Notes: generated by a model not told the origin, from the sequence alone. Positions 26,974-36,603 are shown, counted from the first letter of the stretch. The stretch is DNA of 39,802 bases from Candidatus Hermodarchaeota archaeon (GCA_016840065.1 JAEOTB010000088.1:1-39802), one strand, 5' to 3'. Made by a program: numbers and translations.

Positions 26974-28143
26974 TTAGAAGTCGACACTTTTCCCTTCGAA
27001 GATATAACGCCATAGGTTTCTGATATCTTCATTTGTTGGTTCGCGGCAGTTCAGAATATTGGCAGCAGATTCTTCAGTCAATCGAACTAGGTCATCAAAG
27101 GTTTTTTCAAATTTCTCTGAAGTGATTCCGTACTCCTTCAGAGATAAAGGAAGTTTCATTATCCTCATTATTTTTTGAACCGTATCACGCAGTTTCAATG
27201 CTGCTGTATCATCGTCATCCTCAGTGTCAGCAGCACCAACTTCACGGGCAAGTCTGCCGTAAAGGTCAGCATTAGTTTTGAGCCCGTATTCGATTGAGTA
27301 TGGGAGAACCATTCCAACAGAAACTCCATGGGGCATCTTGTACAAGCCACCCATTGCATGTCCGAAGGAGTGGGTGATTCCAAGTTGAGCATTACTCCAT
27401 GAAAGTCCCGCGATTGTCGCTGCGTTGTGAAGCTTTTCTCGGGCTTCCATATCATTGGGGTCCTTATACGCTCGAGGCAGATACGCGAGGAGTAGTTTCA
27501 CTGCATGAATGGCTAGGGCATCACTGAAGTCATTGCGCCATTGAACTGTAAAGGGGTCAACGGCTTGAGCTAGAGCATCCATCCCCGCAGAGGCGGTTAT
27601 TTCTGATGGTGCTGTCTTAGTGTAGTCTGGGTCAAGAATCGATACAGAGGGGATGAGAACCGGATGTATTAATTCCATTTTTCGACCACTTTTACTTTCG
27701 GTGACAACGGCTGCCCAAGTGACATCTGATCCAGTTCCAGAAGTAGTGGGTATTGCCACAAGAGTCATCTTAACTGGAGGGATTGGAGTTAACGGAGTAA
27801 TATCGTCCATAGGAATGTCTGGATGTTCAAATAGTACCATAACCACCTTGGCAACATCGATACAAGAACCACCCCCCAGACCTATTATTAAATCAGGCTT
27901 GAAGGTGCGAACTAGCTCTAGACACTGATTCACGATGGTATCAGGAGGTTCAGGAAGTACCCCGTCAAAGTGAGAAACCTCCTTTCCTGCCCGCTTGAGC
28001 TTCTCTTTGATGCGATCGAGAGCCCCTAACTTGACCATAGTTTTGTCAGTCACAATAAAGGCGCGAGTACCTACAATCTCTTCGATATAATCAACAGCAT
28101 CCTCGCCAAACACAATTAGAGGGGGAGAACGGAAGAACCACAT
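26974..28143 (-). CDS. Iron-containing alcohol dehydrogenase
   Basis: GLGGGSCIDVAK, IPTTSGTGSDVT, GMDAL, LGITHSFGH, PHG. The start is reassigned to ATG 28143. Confidence 0.93.
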   Translation of the reverse strand: MWFFRSPPLIVFGEDAVDYIEEIVGTRAFIVTDKTMVKLGALDRIKEKLKRAGKEVSHFDGVLPEPPDTIVNQCLELVRTFKPDLIIGLGGGSCIDVAKVVMVLFEHPDIPMDDITPLTPIPPVKMTLVAIPTTSGTGSDVTWAAVVTESKSGRKMELIHPVLIPSVSILDPDYTKTAPSEITASAGMDALAQAVDPFTVQWRNDFSDALAIHAVKLLLAYLPRAYKDPNDMEAREKLHNAATIAGLSWSNAQLGITHSFGHAMGGLYKMPHGVSVGMVLPYSIEYGLKTNADLYGRLAREVGAADTEDDDDTAALKLRDTVQKIMRIMKLPLSLKEYGITSEKFEKTFDDLVRLTEESAANILNCREPTNEDIRNLWRYIFEGKSVDF

Positions 28144-28278
28144 ATTCACTTTTCTCCTTGAGATTTGTTGTCTATTCTTGGTCCTACAAGTAGAAAAGTG
28201 CGTAGGCTTGAACACTATATTCCTTAGATGAAAAAGGAATCTGGTACAAATTGAAAAGATGTATATTTGATTAGTTAG

Positions 28279-28686
28279 CTAGAACTCTGTATCAACCATT
28301 TGAGCTGTGCGTACTAGTTCTTTTGCTGCACGAGTAGCGCGCATTACTTTTGCACGATCACCGGTTAACTTCATTTTTCGAGTGAGAAGAGCTTTAATTG
28401 GATCAAGGCGACCTGAGACAATAGCTTCCCAGTTCGCATAGGAACCCTCGTAGATGAATGCCGTCTGTTTTGCGTCTCTTTTTGGTAATACTTCGTGACC
28501 ACGGCACTTACCATGCCAAAGATCCATCCATAATACTAGCTCTTCGGGAACCCCTGCTGCTTCATCAGCCCACACAATGAACAGGAAGTCGCCTTCCCAA
28601 TCGTGAGCCGCTTCTTCATAGGCCTTATTTTCGTTCAACGCTTTGACGTAGGCTTCTAGCCACTCTTCTGTACCAAACTTGACCAT
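28279..28686 (-). CDS. SCP2 sterol/lipid-carrier domain protein
   Basis: FGTEEW...WEGDF...DLWHGKC...GRLDPIKALLTRKMKLTGD. Confidence 0.88.
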   Translation of the reverse strand: MVKFGTEEWLEAYVKALNENKAYEEAAHDWEGDFLFIVWADEAAGVPEELVLWMDLWHGKCRGHEVLPKRDAKQTAFIYEGSYANWEAIVSGRLDPIKALLTRKMKLTGDRAKVMRATRAAKELVRTAQMVDTEF

Positions 28687-28780
28687 TGTAAAATCCACCA
28701 CCGGTAAGATGTATTTTACTAGCTTTAAAGGGTCTTAAAGTGATTTGGTTGAAACAAAATCTGCACGTATCTGCCTTGTT

Positions 28781-29755
28781 TCAGAAGATACCTGAGAGGA
28801 GCGAGGGGTTGATATTAGACCCACTAGCCACTACTACAACCTGTTCTTTGGAGTGATACTTGATTTTTTCTTGGAGAATAGCTGCGACACCAACAACTCC
28901 AGCAGGTTCAAGAATGCGACACTCGTTTTCCAGAGTCCACCGAATCGCTTCAAGTAACTTGGCTTCCTCGACCAATATCACATCATCAACTACTAGTCGG
29001 GCGATGTCAAGGTTGATTTGCTCAGTATTTCCAGCCAATCCATCAGCGATTGTGGGTTCGATGGGTACATGAAACAAGCGTCCTGCTAGGTAGTTTTCGT
29101 AGAAGGCCCGTGTTGCTGTAGTCTGGATGCCAATGACCCTAATCGTGGGGTTGACGGTTTTAGCCCAGATTGCTATGCCGCTGATGAGGCCTCCTCCGCC
29201 AATGGGAACTAGAAGTTTATCCGCTTCGGGAAGATCTTCCAGTACTTCGTAGCCAACCGTTCCCTGGCCTGCGATTACCTCTGGATCAGCATAAGCGTGA
29301 ACCAATGTGGCCCCTGTCTCTTCGACAAGTTGAACGCTGTAAGCCGCTGCTTCATCATAGTTTGCACCTTTGTATACCACATCTGCACCGTAATTCTTAC
29401 ATTTGCCAACCTTTAGCGGCGAGGCGCCAACTGGTACCACAATCGATGCAGGAACACCCCTCTGTTTGGCAGCATAAGCAACCGCAAGCCCATGGTTTCC
29501 TGTAGAAGCTGTAACAACACCTCTGGCAGCTACTCCTGAGGGAAGTGATGCAATTTTGTTATAAGCGCCTCTAAGCTTGAAAACGCCAGTACGCTGTAGA
29601 GACTCCCATTTAACGGAAACAGGAACCCCTGCAATTGAACTAAGCGCAGAAGAGGGCTCTAAAGGCGTATGAAGCACTACTCCTGCTAGACGTTTTCGTG
29701 CCTTGAGAATCATAGTTGGTGTAACCAAGGTCTGGGACATCTTTGATTGCGGCAT
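28781..29755 (-). CDS. ilvA: PLP-dependent threonine/serine dehydratase (short form, no ACT domain)
   Basis: KWESLQRTGVFKLRGA, STGNHG, AGQGT, PIGGGGLISG, TIADGL, EPAG, SGSN. Confidence 0.88.
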   Translation of the reverse strand: MPQSKMSQTLVTPTMILKARKRLAGVVLHTPLEPSSALSSIAGVPVSVKWESLQRTGVFKLRGAYNKIASLPSGVAARGVVTASTGNHGLAVAYAAKQRGVPASIVVPVGASPLKVGKCKNYGADVVYKGANYDEAAAYSVQLVEETGATLVHAYADPEVIAGQGTVGYEVLEDLPEADKLLVPIGGGGLISGIAIWAKTVNPTIRVIGIQTTATRAFYENYLAGRLFHVPIEPTIADGLAGNTEQINLDIARLVVDDVILVEEAKLLEAIRWTLENECRILEPAGVVGVAAILQEKIKYHSKEQVVVVASGSNINPSLLSGIF

Positions 29756-29845
29756 AGCATCACATTCATTCTAAGTGTTTAGTAAGACCATTAATATTTT
29801 GAGAAATGCATACATAGAGAGCTAAGTCTCGCCCTTCTGCACGGG

Positions 29846-29853
29846 TTTATAAG
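29846..29853 (+). promoter_or_regulatory. Candidate TATA box
   Basis: TTTATAAG lies ~50 nt upstream of the zinc-ribbon gene start. An identical octamer sits at 34916. Confidence 0.4.
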
Positions 29854-29902
29854 GGCGGAGTAATTCACTAGACACAAACACCCCAAGAGAAGAGTGATTC
29901 CA

Positions 29903-30451
29903 ATGGCAATGGAAGAATTAATGCATATTACATCATGCCGCAAGTGCGGCGAGCCAAAGGTCATTACTGCCGCTGTTTCAAAAGGAAAGCGCGGCAGGCA
30001 TGGAGAAGTGCTCATAAAATTGGTGCACCGATGCCCTGAACACGGACGAGAAAAAGGGACACTTGTCCCGTTAGGCCTAATCGAAGAGGGCAGACATTTC
30101 ATTAAAGAGAATTTATTCCGATGTAAGCGCTGCGGCGGTCATTGCGACATCGTTGATACCAAACCTGACGGTGGCCATGTCATCTTCAAAATTCGATGTC
30201 CAGACCACGGCACCGGAAAAAGGAAAATCAGTCAATTAGTCTTTGATATGATAATGGATGAACGTCCACCTCATCATCCACCACCTCACCCGCATGACCC
30301 CCATGCTCCTCCGCATGACCCACACGATCCGCATCGTCCACATCCTCCGCACGATCCACATCATCCTCGACCTGGGTTCTGTCCGAGCTGCGGAGCGAAA
30401 AACCCAGATCCTGATAGCAAGTTCTGTGCTCATTGTGGAGCTCCCCTCTAG
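29903..30451 (+). CDS. Multi-metal-binding protein: two CxxC...CxxH domains, His/Pro/Asp-rich linker, C-terminal zinc ribbon
   Basis: CRKC...CPEHG, CKRC...CPDHG, a PHDPH-type repeat, and CPSCG...CAHCG. Start is uncertain (29894, 29903 or 29909). Confidence 0.75.
   Translation: MAMEELMHITSCRKCGEPKVITAAVSKGKRGRHGEVLIKLVHRCPEHGREKGTLVPLGLIEEGRHFIKENLFRCKRCGGHCDIVDTKPDGGHVIFKIRCPDHGTGKRKISQLVFDMIMDERPPHHPPPHPHDPHAPPHDPHDPHRPHPPHDPHHPRPGFCPSCGAKNPDPDSKFCAHCGAPL
30263..30374 (+). repeat. Low-complexity coding repeat (PHDPH/PPH units)
   Basis: Encodes RPPHHPPPHPHDPHAPPHDPHDPHRPHPPHDPHHPRP. Confidence 0.8.
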
Positions 30452-30535
30452 ACTGAATCCATTCATACCTGAGTTATCTTCAGCCAGCGGCAAAACAAAC
30501 CCTAGGTGTGCTGCTTGATTGAAGGTAGTAGTTGA

Positions 30536-31327
30536 CTACTGCTTCAGTTTTGGGGCTGGTGGGATGACCTTACGAGCTGACGTGAGGTAGCCAGTGTGGC
30601 CTATCATCCGTGTGGCAGGTCGAGTCTTTCCAATTCGCGCGTGGATTTCCCTTTCGATGAGTTCACGGGTCTGTATTTCGGCGAAGTGCGACTCGTAGAG
30701 GGCTTGAACAGTCCGCTGAACCTGTTCAATCGTTGGTGAAAATGAGATAAAGACAGTCCCACCCAGTAAGGCGTTATACGCTAGGGGAACTACCTCCCAG
30801 GGCGTCGCCATATCTAGAACCACTGCATCTACTTCTTGTTCCTCTATGCCCTTCAGTATGTCTTGTTGTTTAATTGTAACATACTTCTCTAGCCCCACTC
30901 TTTCAATGTTCTTACGTGCAGTTTCAGAGAAGTCTTCCCGCAATTCGTAGGAGTAGACATGACCCTTGGGTTGAACGTGATACCCAAGGATGCTTGTGAG
31001 GGCTCCGCTTCCTGTCCCTGCCTCCACGACAATTGAACCTGGACCAATCCCTGTCAGAAGAAGGATTAGGCCAGCATCCTTTGGATAGATTATGTTGGTT
31101 TGCCTGCCCATTTTCAGGGCAAGATCACGGGGCAAGGGCGGTAGGGCAGCGATTTGTTTGCCAAGACTAGTCGCGACAAAGCTCCCATACTCTCGCCCAA
31201 TTATGTCGTCAAATTGGATGATTCCCCGATGCAGGTGAAAGGACTTACCTGCTTCAACCCGGAGTAGCCATGTCTTCCCAGGCTCCATATAGAATAAGAC
31301 ATAATCACCCTCAAGAATTTTGGTCAT
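30536..31327 (-). CDS. trmI: tRNA (adenine-57/58-N1)-methyltransferase
   Basis: RQTNIIYPKD, VEAGTGSGALT, LDMATPW, FSPTIEQV, RPATRMIGHTGYL. Confidence 0.95.
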   Translation of the reverse strand: MTKILEGDYVLFYMEPGKTWLLRVEAGKSFHLHRGIIQFDDIIGREYGSFVATSLGKQIAALPPLPRDLALKMGRQTNIIYPKDAGLILLLTGIGPGSIVVEAGTGSGALTSILGYHVQPKGHVYSYELREDFSETARKNIERVGLEKYVTIKQQDILKGIEEQEVDAVVLDMATPWEVVPLAYNALLGGTVFISFSPTIEQVQRTVQALYESHFAEIQTRELIEREIHARIGKTRPATRMIGHTGYLTSARKVIPPAPKLKQ

Positions 31328-31436
31328 TGAAATCCACCAACCTGCCTACCATCTATTCCCCCTTTTTCAGCCTTCCGACAAGAACAACAGAAGCGAAATA
31401 CCAAAAGCCTAGGGTGCATACAACACTATTCTAGAA

Positions 31437-32513
31437 ATGGAAAGCTTGGATTTAGAATCAGTGCAAAGCAACCCCTGTGTCAGGGAAGCCCGTCACTACG
31501 AACAGAGAGAGGATGGTTCTGTTCAATGCGGCGTTTGTGAGAGACGCTGTAAAATGAAGAAGGGGAAACGAGGCTACTGCGGAGCACGAATCAATTTTGA
31601 TGGAACCCTCTACGTTTTGACCTATGGGGATATCAGCTCCATCAACGCGAATCCCATTGAGAAGAAACCTTTTGCCCACTTCCATCCAGGAACGAACGCC
31701 CTAACAATTGGAGGCTGGGGCTGCAACGCTGCCTGTCCTTGGTGCCAGAATTGGAGCATCAGTAAACGTCATCCAAACCCAAGCCGCTGCGATTACCTAT
31801 CCCCTGAAAGGTTTGTAGAACAGATAAAACGGAGAGGCTGCCATGGAACAAGTTACTCATTCAGTGAGCCCACGACTGTCTTTTTCGAGTACTCACTAGA
31901 TGCCATGCCCAAAACCCGTTCTGCTGGCTACTACAGCACCTATGTCACAAACGGCTACATGACGATTGAAACCCTTGAGCGCCTTGCAGAGGCGGGGCTA
32001 GATGCTATGAATATAGATATCAAGGGGTGCCGCGAAGAAATTCAGCGCTATTGCGGACTCGATGTAGAGAAGGTCTGGCGGAACGCACAGTTAGCCCGTA
32101 ATCTTGGAATCTGGGTGGAAATCACCACTCTAGTGATTCCAGGAGTAAACGACACGACCAAGTGCTTATCCACCATTGCAAATCGTATCCACAACGATTT
32201 GGGAGCTGAAGTACCCTGGCACGTGAGTGGTTTTCGTCCAGCCTATAAATCCGAAGAACACGGGTTAACAACACCGACCCCGCTTAAAACCCTCGAAAAA
32301 GCCCACTCCATTGGCCAGAAAGCAGGACTTCACTACGTCTACATCGGGAACGTGTGGAATCATCCCGCCGAAAATACTTACTGCAAGAATACTAGTTGTA
32401 GAGCATTACTCGTAAAAAGAATCGGCTATGACATCCACCTCGTCGACTTAACTTCAACAGGGCACTGTGGCAAATGCCAAACCCAAAACCATTTCATAAT
32501 GCCACCTACTTAG
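31437..32513 (+). CDS. amrS: AmmeMemoRadiSam-system radical SAM enzyme (PFL-activase-like)
   Basis: CGVCERRC, NPIEKKPFAHFHPG, GCNAACPWCQNWSIS, VEITTLVIPGVND, YVYIGNV. Confidence 0.92.
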   Translation: MESLDLESVQSNPCVREARHYEQREDGSVQCGVCERRCKMKKGKRGYCGARINFDGTLYVLTYGDISSINANPIEKKPFAHFHPGTNALTIGGWGCNAACPWCQNWSISKRHPNPSRCDYLSPERFVEQIKRRGCHGTSYSFSEPTTVFFEYSLDAMPKTRSAGYYSTYVTNGYMTIETLERLAEAGLDAMNIDIKGCREEIQRYCGLDVEKVWRNAQLARNLGIWVEITTLVIPGVNDTTKCLSTIANRIHNDLGAEVPWHVSGFRPAYKSEEHGLTTPTPLKTLEKAHSIGQKAGLHYVYIGNVWNHPAENTYCKNTSCRALLVKRIGYDIHLVDLTSTGHCGKCQTQNHFIMPPT

Positions 32514-32552
32514 ACTCGAATAGCCTAGACGGAATAGAGACTAGATACTTGA

Positions 32553-32708
32553 ATGCCAAAAACTTCCAAACAAGTCGGACTATGCCCAAAATGTGACAGC
32601 ATATTAACAAAAAAAGACATCTCACGAATTAAAATTAGAAGCTGACCACACACGTCCTTTGCATTCATATGCAACAAATGCCAGTACATTCTCGGATGCG
32701 GATGGTAA
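32553..32708 (+). pseudogene. Small zinc-finger ORF (CPKC...CNKC) interrupted by in-frame TGA at 32643; pseudogene or recoded gene
   Basis: Manual translation gives MPKTSKQVGLCPKCDSILTKKDISRIKIRS*PHTSFAFICNKCQYILGCGW*. Confidence 0.6.
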
Positions 32709-32835
32709 AAGACTAAACAAAACCCAGTCTCCCTTTCGACATGCGACTCGATTGTTCATGCCTATACTAGTAAAAAGCGGAAACAGTTAAGGGCTCCTAC
32801 ATCTAAGTTTGGACACTCCTATAGGAGGAAAAAGA

Positions 32836-33810
32836 ATGCCAAAAGGAATAGAAGCGTTCAAGTGTTCAAACTGTGACGCTCCCCTTGCTGTCTCTCCCGA
32901 CGACGCAGTAATTACCTGCAACTTCTGCGGTAACACTGTCACCGTTGAAGGCCAGAAAGTCTCTAAACACTTCGTCTTAACACCGACAATCGGTAGCGGC
33001 GAAGTGCAAGACAAAGTTCGTAAATGGGTTGGACGCGGAGGAAAAGCACGAGTTACCGAGGCTCAGCTCAGATTCGTCCCGTATTGGGTTGAGTCGATGA
33101 ATGCGGCTACTCGGTTTCAAGGATACAAGCGCCACGAAGACACTGAATACTACACAGATTCTTCAGGACGACGTCAATCAAAGACAGTTGTAACCTACGC
33201 GCCCATCGATGGTCGCTTCAACGAGGACCGTTCACTAAATGTCCTTGGTCGCCGAGGTGCAATGTTCTACTCATTTGATGAGATGGATAAGGCACTCAAG
33301 GTGACAAAGCGAGACATTAAGACGTTCAAGTATAGTACGATAACCCGAATCGAGAAGAGACCGGTTTTCCTGAACAGTGAGCTGAGCGATGAAGATGCTT
33401 TTGAAATCGCTCGAACCAAGGTATCTCAGGAACACCGATCCCGTGCAGAAAGTGGAGCTACTAAAATCTGGGATTGTAAGACGAATATCCGCAAACTCGG
33501 AGCATATCTACTCCACGTACCACACTGGATGGTCCGCTACCAGTTCGGTTCTGAAACTTATAGGGTCGGAATCGATGGTCACACAAAGAGGGTGCTAAAG
33601 GGCGAGGTTCCAGTCTCAACTGCATTCCGGGGTGGCATGTTCATCCTGAGCATCATCGGCCTTGCTATAGGATCCATTGGTGCACAGGTACTAGCCATGT
33701 ATTTGCCTGGTTTGGAAGCTATAGCATTTGTCCTGATAATTATCGGACTCATCATCGCTTGCATAGGAACCCAGCAATCCTTCAAGATATCGTCCGAAAA
33801 ACGCGAATAG
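32836..33810 (+). CDS. Zinc-ribbon membrane protein (YdjG-like), paralog 1
   Basis: N-terminal CSNCDA..CNFCG, FVPYW, VPHW..Y...IDG..G.VP, two C-terminal TM helices. ATG follows AGGAGG. Confidence 0.75.
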   Translation: MPKGIEAFKCSNCDAPLAVSPDDAVITCNFCGNTVTVEGQKVSKHFVLTPTIGSGEVQDKVRKWVGRGGKARVTEAQLRFVPYWVESMNAATRFQGYKRHEDTEYYTDSSGRRQSKTVVTYAPIDGRFNEDRSLNVLGRRGAMFYSFDEMDKALKVTKRDIKTFKYSTITRIEKRPVFLNSELSDEDAFEIARTKVSQEHRSRAESGATKIWDCKTNIRKLGAYLLHVPHWMVRYQFGSETYRVGIDGHTKRVLKGEVPVSTAFRGGMFILSIIGLAIGSIGAQVLAMYLPGLEAIAFVLIIIGLIIACIGTQQSFKISSEKRE

Positions 33811-33841
33811 AACATAGAATAATGAAAGGTGAAACAAGAAA

Positions 33842-34801
33842 ATGACACAATTAAGATGTCCTAACTGCGATGCTAATCTGAGCGTTCACCCCTCGGACGC
33901 CATCATCACCTGCGAATACTGTGGTTCATCCTTCGAGCCTGGCGGAGAAAAGATGAAGAGACACTACGCAATGAAGGTGAACTTTGGTCAAGGAGAAGCC
34001 TTTGACACCCTTAAAGCCTATCTTGTGAAAGTGCCAGGTGTTTCCAACGACCTCGCATCAATCATCTCGTTCAAGGATGGATACATGACCTACTATCCAT
34101 ACTGGGTCTACAATGTGAAAGGCGTCGTGTCCTATGTGGGGCGCGACCGTAAGGCTACCTTCCGTGATAAGGTTAAACGCCGATATTCCAGCATCCACTG
34201 GGAATGGGTCGACGAAGCAGGTCGCGAAGAACAAACCCGCCAGATACGTCTATACGCTGGTCCCCAAGTACGACGGGAAATCCAGAATTATCCTATTGCC
34301 ACTCGTGGTCGTCGCTACTTCAACCTCAAGGAGGCACAGAAGTACACCGCGAACATCGTCTTCTCACGAGTCCCCGAGGAGCAGGCAAGACGGCAGGCTA
34401 TCGCCAAGACCCGACAGATGATAATGAACCGAATCCAGAAGGAGACCGAACAAATCGACAACATTCGCGAAAGTTTCACAGTCACAGACCACGCCTACGT
34501 ACACGTTCCCATCTACAGCATGAAATTCACTGCAGGAGGCGGGAAGGTTTACGAAGCTGCCCTTGACGCCTCTAATGGTCGTGTCCTATACTCAGACATC
34601 CCACGAACCACAGGCTTCAAGCTGAAAGCTGGCTTCACTACCATCTTCTGGTTCATCTTAGCAGCGGTGGGCGCCGCCATCATATTCCTATTCCCCTCAT
34701 GGCTCTACGCGGGAATAGGACTACTCGTCATTGCCCTAATACTGGGAATCATGACCCTCGTCCTCTCCTTCCGACAAACCGCCGCCGAATCCGCCCGCTA
34801 A
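33842..34801 (+). CDS. Zinc-ribbon membrane protein (YdjG-like), paralog 2
   Basis: CPNCDA..CEYCG, YYPYW, VHVPIY...LDASNG, two C-terminal TM helices. Confidence 0.75.
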   Translation: MTQLRCPNCDANLSVHPSDAIITCEYCGSSFEPGGEKMKRHYAMKVNFGQGEAFDTLKAYLVKVPGVSNDLASIISFKDGYMTYYPYWVYNVKGVVSYVGRDRKATFRDKVKRRYSSIHWEWVDEAGREEQTRQIRLYAGPQVRREIQNYPIATRGRRYFNLKEAQKYTANIVFSRVPEEQARRQAIAKTRQMIMNRIQKETEQIDNIRESFTVTDHAYVHVPIYSMKFTAGGGKVYEAALDASNGRVLYSDIPRTTGFKLKAGFTTIFWFILAAVGAAIIFLFPSWLYAGIGLLVIALILGIMTLVLSFRQTAAESAR

Positions 34802-34915
34802 ACCAGGAAACCCCTCAGTACTCCCCAGAACTCGCTCTAGCGCCACAGGAGTGGAGAAAAGGTAAAACACGCTCTCAAAGGAGATGGAAAACACTCCACA
34901 CGCAACACGATAGAC

Positions 34916-34923
34916 TTTATAAG
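34916..34923 (+). promoter_or_regulatory. Candidate TATA box
   Basis: TTTATAAG lies ~50 nt upstream of TTG 34970, which follows GAGGTGA. Confidence 0.4.
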
Positions 34924-34969
34924 AGCGAAATCCAAACCCTAAAGTAGTCACCACTGAGGTGAACACATT

Positions 34970-35515
34970 TTGTCCCCAGAAGACAAGCCTAGCATTATGG
35001 AAAAGGTTGACGACGAACGGACATTGGGTCAAAAAATTATGAAGCTAATCCCAGGTTGGAGAGGCTATCGTATCAAGGAGGAGCGCCGCAACGCTGACCG
35101 GATTCTCCGCGACCAGCTAGTTGAACGACTCCGCCGAACCCAAGAGACCATCGAAGATATTCGCCGCGAGGTTGTAGAGGCTGAGCTAGAAGGCGCTTAT
35201 ACGACCATCAGGTCACTGACTAGCCGTACTGAGCGGCTCATTAGCAAAATCGAACACGCCGATTATGGATACCGTCCCTTCTTTGATGCCATTAAAATCA
35301 AGGAAGACGATTTGATGAACATGCTTCGGTTCGATTCTTGGTTCGCTGAGGTAATTCAGGATTTCGACAGGTTAGCGGGAGAAGTCTTAGACAGTGTTTA
35401 TGATGATCCCACCGCGGCTCTGAAGCAGATTAAGGAGCTTAGGAGAATGGTCTCCCGGATGACCAAGAAGTGGCGAGACCGCGCCGATGTTATAATGGGC
35501 GTCGAGATAATCTAA
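34970..35515 (+). CDS. Conserved all-helical hypothetical protein associated with SPFH clusters
   Basis: IPGWRGY..KEERRNADRILR and IEHADYGY..FFDA. Predicted amphipathic/coiled-coil helices. Confidence 0.7.
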   Translation: MSPEDKPSIMEKVDDERTLGQKIMKLIPGWRGYRIKEERRNADRILRDQLVERLRRTQETIEDIRREVVEAELEGAYTTIRSLTSRTERLISKIEHADYGYRPFFDAIKIKEDDLMNMLRFDSWFAEVIQDFDRLAGEVLDSVYDDPTAALKQIKELRRMVSRMTKKWRDRADVIMGVEII

Positions 35516-35602
35516 GTCATTCTTGGTGTTTCCCTTTTGTCGAGGAGTAATCCTCGACTTCTCTCTTCTTTTTGTACTTGATATCGAGTTAGGTCAGTTG
35601 CC

Positions 35603-36442
35603 TTATATTTTGAAGTCTATAGCGTGGCGGGCCCGCCTGACAAGAGTAGATAACCGTTTTTGCGTGAGCCCTGTGGAGGAGGCGATGGTTCTCAGCGGCT
35701 TGACCAGTAAATCGTTTAGCGTGTAGATTCGTGCAATAGAGAACTGACGATGTTCAGCTGTGCTTAGGCCCCGGAGAAACGTGATGGGGTAAAAACGGTG
35801 TTTGAGGACAAGAGCATTTAGACTCTCGTTTGCTGGAGTGGACCAGCCAGTGAATCCTAGTCCTCGACAGCTTGCGTATCGTTCAGCCTGGGGGGAGAGT
35901 TTGGTGTTTGATACTATGCGATACTTTGTAAATTTGAGGGAAGTAACACCTCGCTTGTATCCTTCCTGGAAATCCTCAAGTATTGCTCGGGCGATTCTTA
36001 CTACATCAAGCCCAGTTTGAGTATGATAATTGCTATGGTGTTTGACCTCCAAAACAGTGTTTTCCCTTCCTCGGCGAAGGACACCGTCGATCTCGTGTTC
36101 CCCACACCTCCCTGCCCAAATACCTCCTGCCTGCACTTTATAACCAGTGAGTTTAAGTAAGCCTCTGATGAACACTTCAAAATCAGGGTATGGGCGAATC
36201 AATGCGAGGGACTCACGGAGATTAATTCCATACCTTGCGAGAGAGGGAACCCGACGAAGTTCTCGTTGGAGGAGGCGTGCCAATTCGCTGGTGAGAATAC
36301 CGTCAAAGACCTGCTCTTCGACTAAACGCACAACCCTCTCTGCAACCTCTGGCGACGCGCCCATCTGCCTCGCAGACCGCAGCAACTTCTCTCGCTTGAA
36401 AGGCTCTTGGCGCCCATCTGCCTTAACTACCATAATCACCAA
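35603..36442 (-). CDS. ATP-cone domain + Mrr-like PD-(D/E)xK nuclease domain protein
   Basis: N-terminal VKADGRQEPFKREKL (ATP cone); FEVFI...EHEIDG...LEVKHH...VSNTKLS...GW; C-terminal HhH-like segment. Start is 36442, 36439 or 36433. Confidence 0.8.
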   Translation of the reverse strand: MVIMVVKADGRQEPFKREKLLRSARQMGASPEVAERVVRLVEEQVFDGILTSELARLLQRELRRVPSLARYGINLRESLALIRPYPDFEVFIRGLLKLTGYKVQAGGIWAGRCGEHEIDGVLRRGRENTVLEVKHHSNYHTQTGLDVVRIARAILEDFQEGYKRGVTSLKFTKYRIVSNTKLSPQAERYASCRGLGFTGWSTPANESLNALVLKHRFYPITFLRGLSTAEHRQFSIARIYTLNDLLVKPLRTIASSTGLTQKRLSTLVRRARHAIDFKI

Positions 36443-36603
36443 ACACAGGCACCACCAAGTAATCAGACAATTCTTTCCTGTCCATTCACCATCATAAATG
36501 ATAAGACTTTCCCGTCACACACAAACCCGAAAAGTTCAAAAAGCCGAAACAAGACCTCCAATACAGATATTACATACAAATTCCCTAGAGAGTGATTCAA
36601 AAA

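Noticed and set aside
26501-26977. 158-aa + strand ORF and similar short antisense ORFs across the window
   Set aside because: They lie almost entirely antisense to well-supported genes and have no independent evidence.
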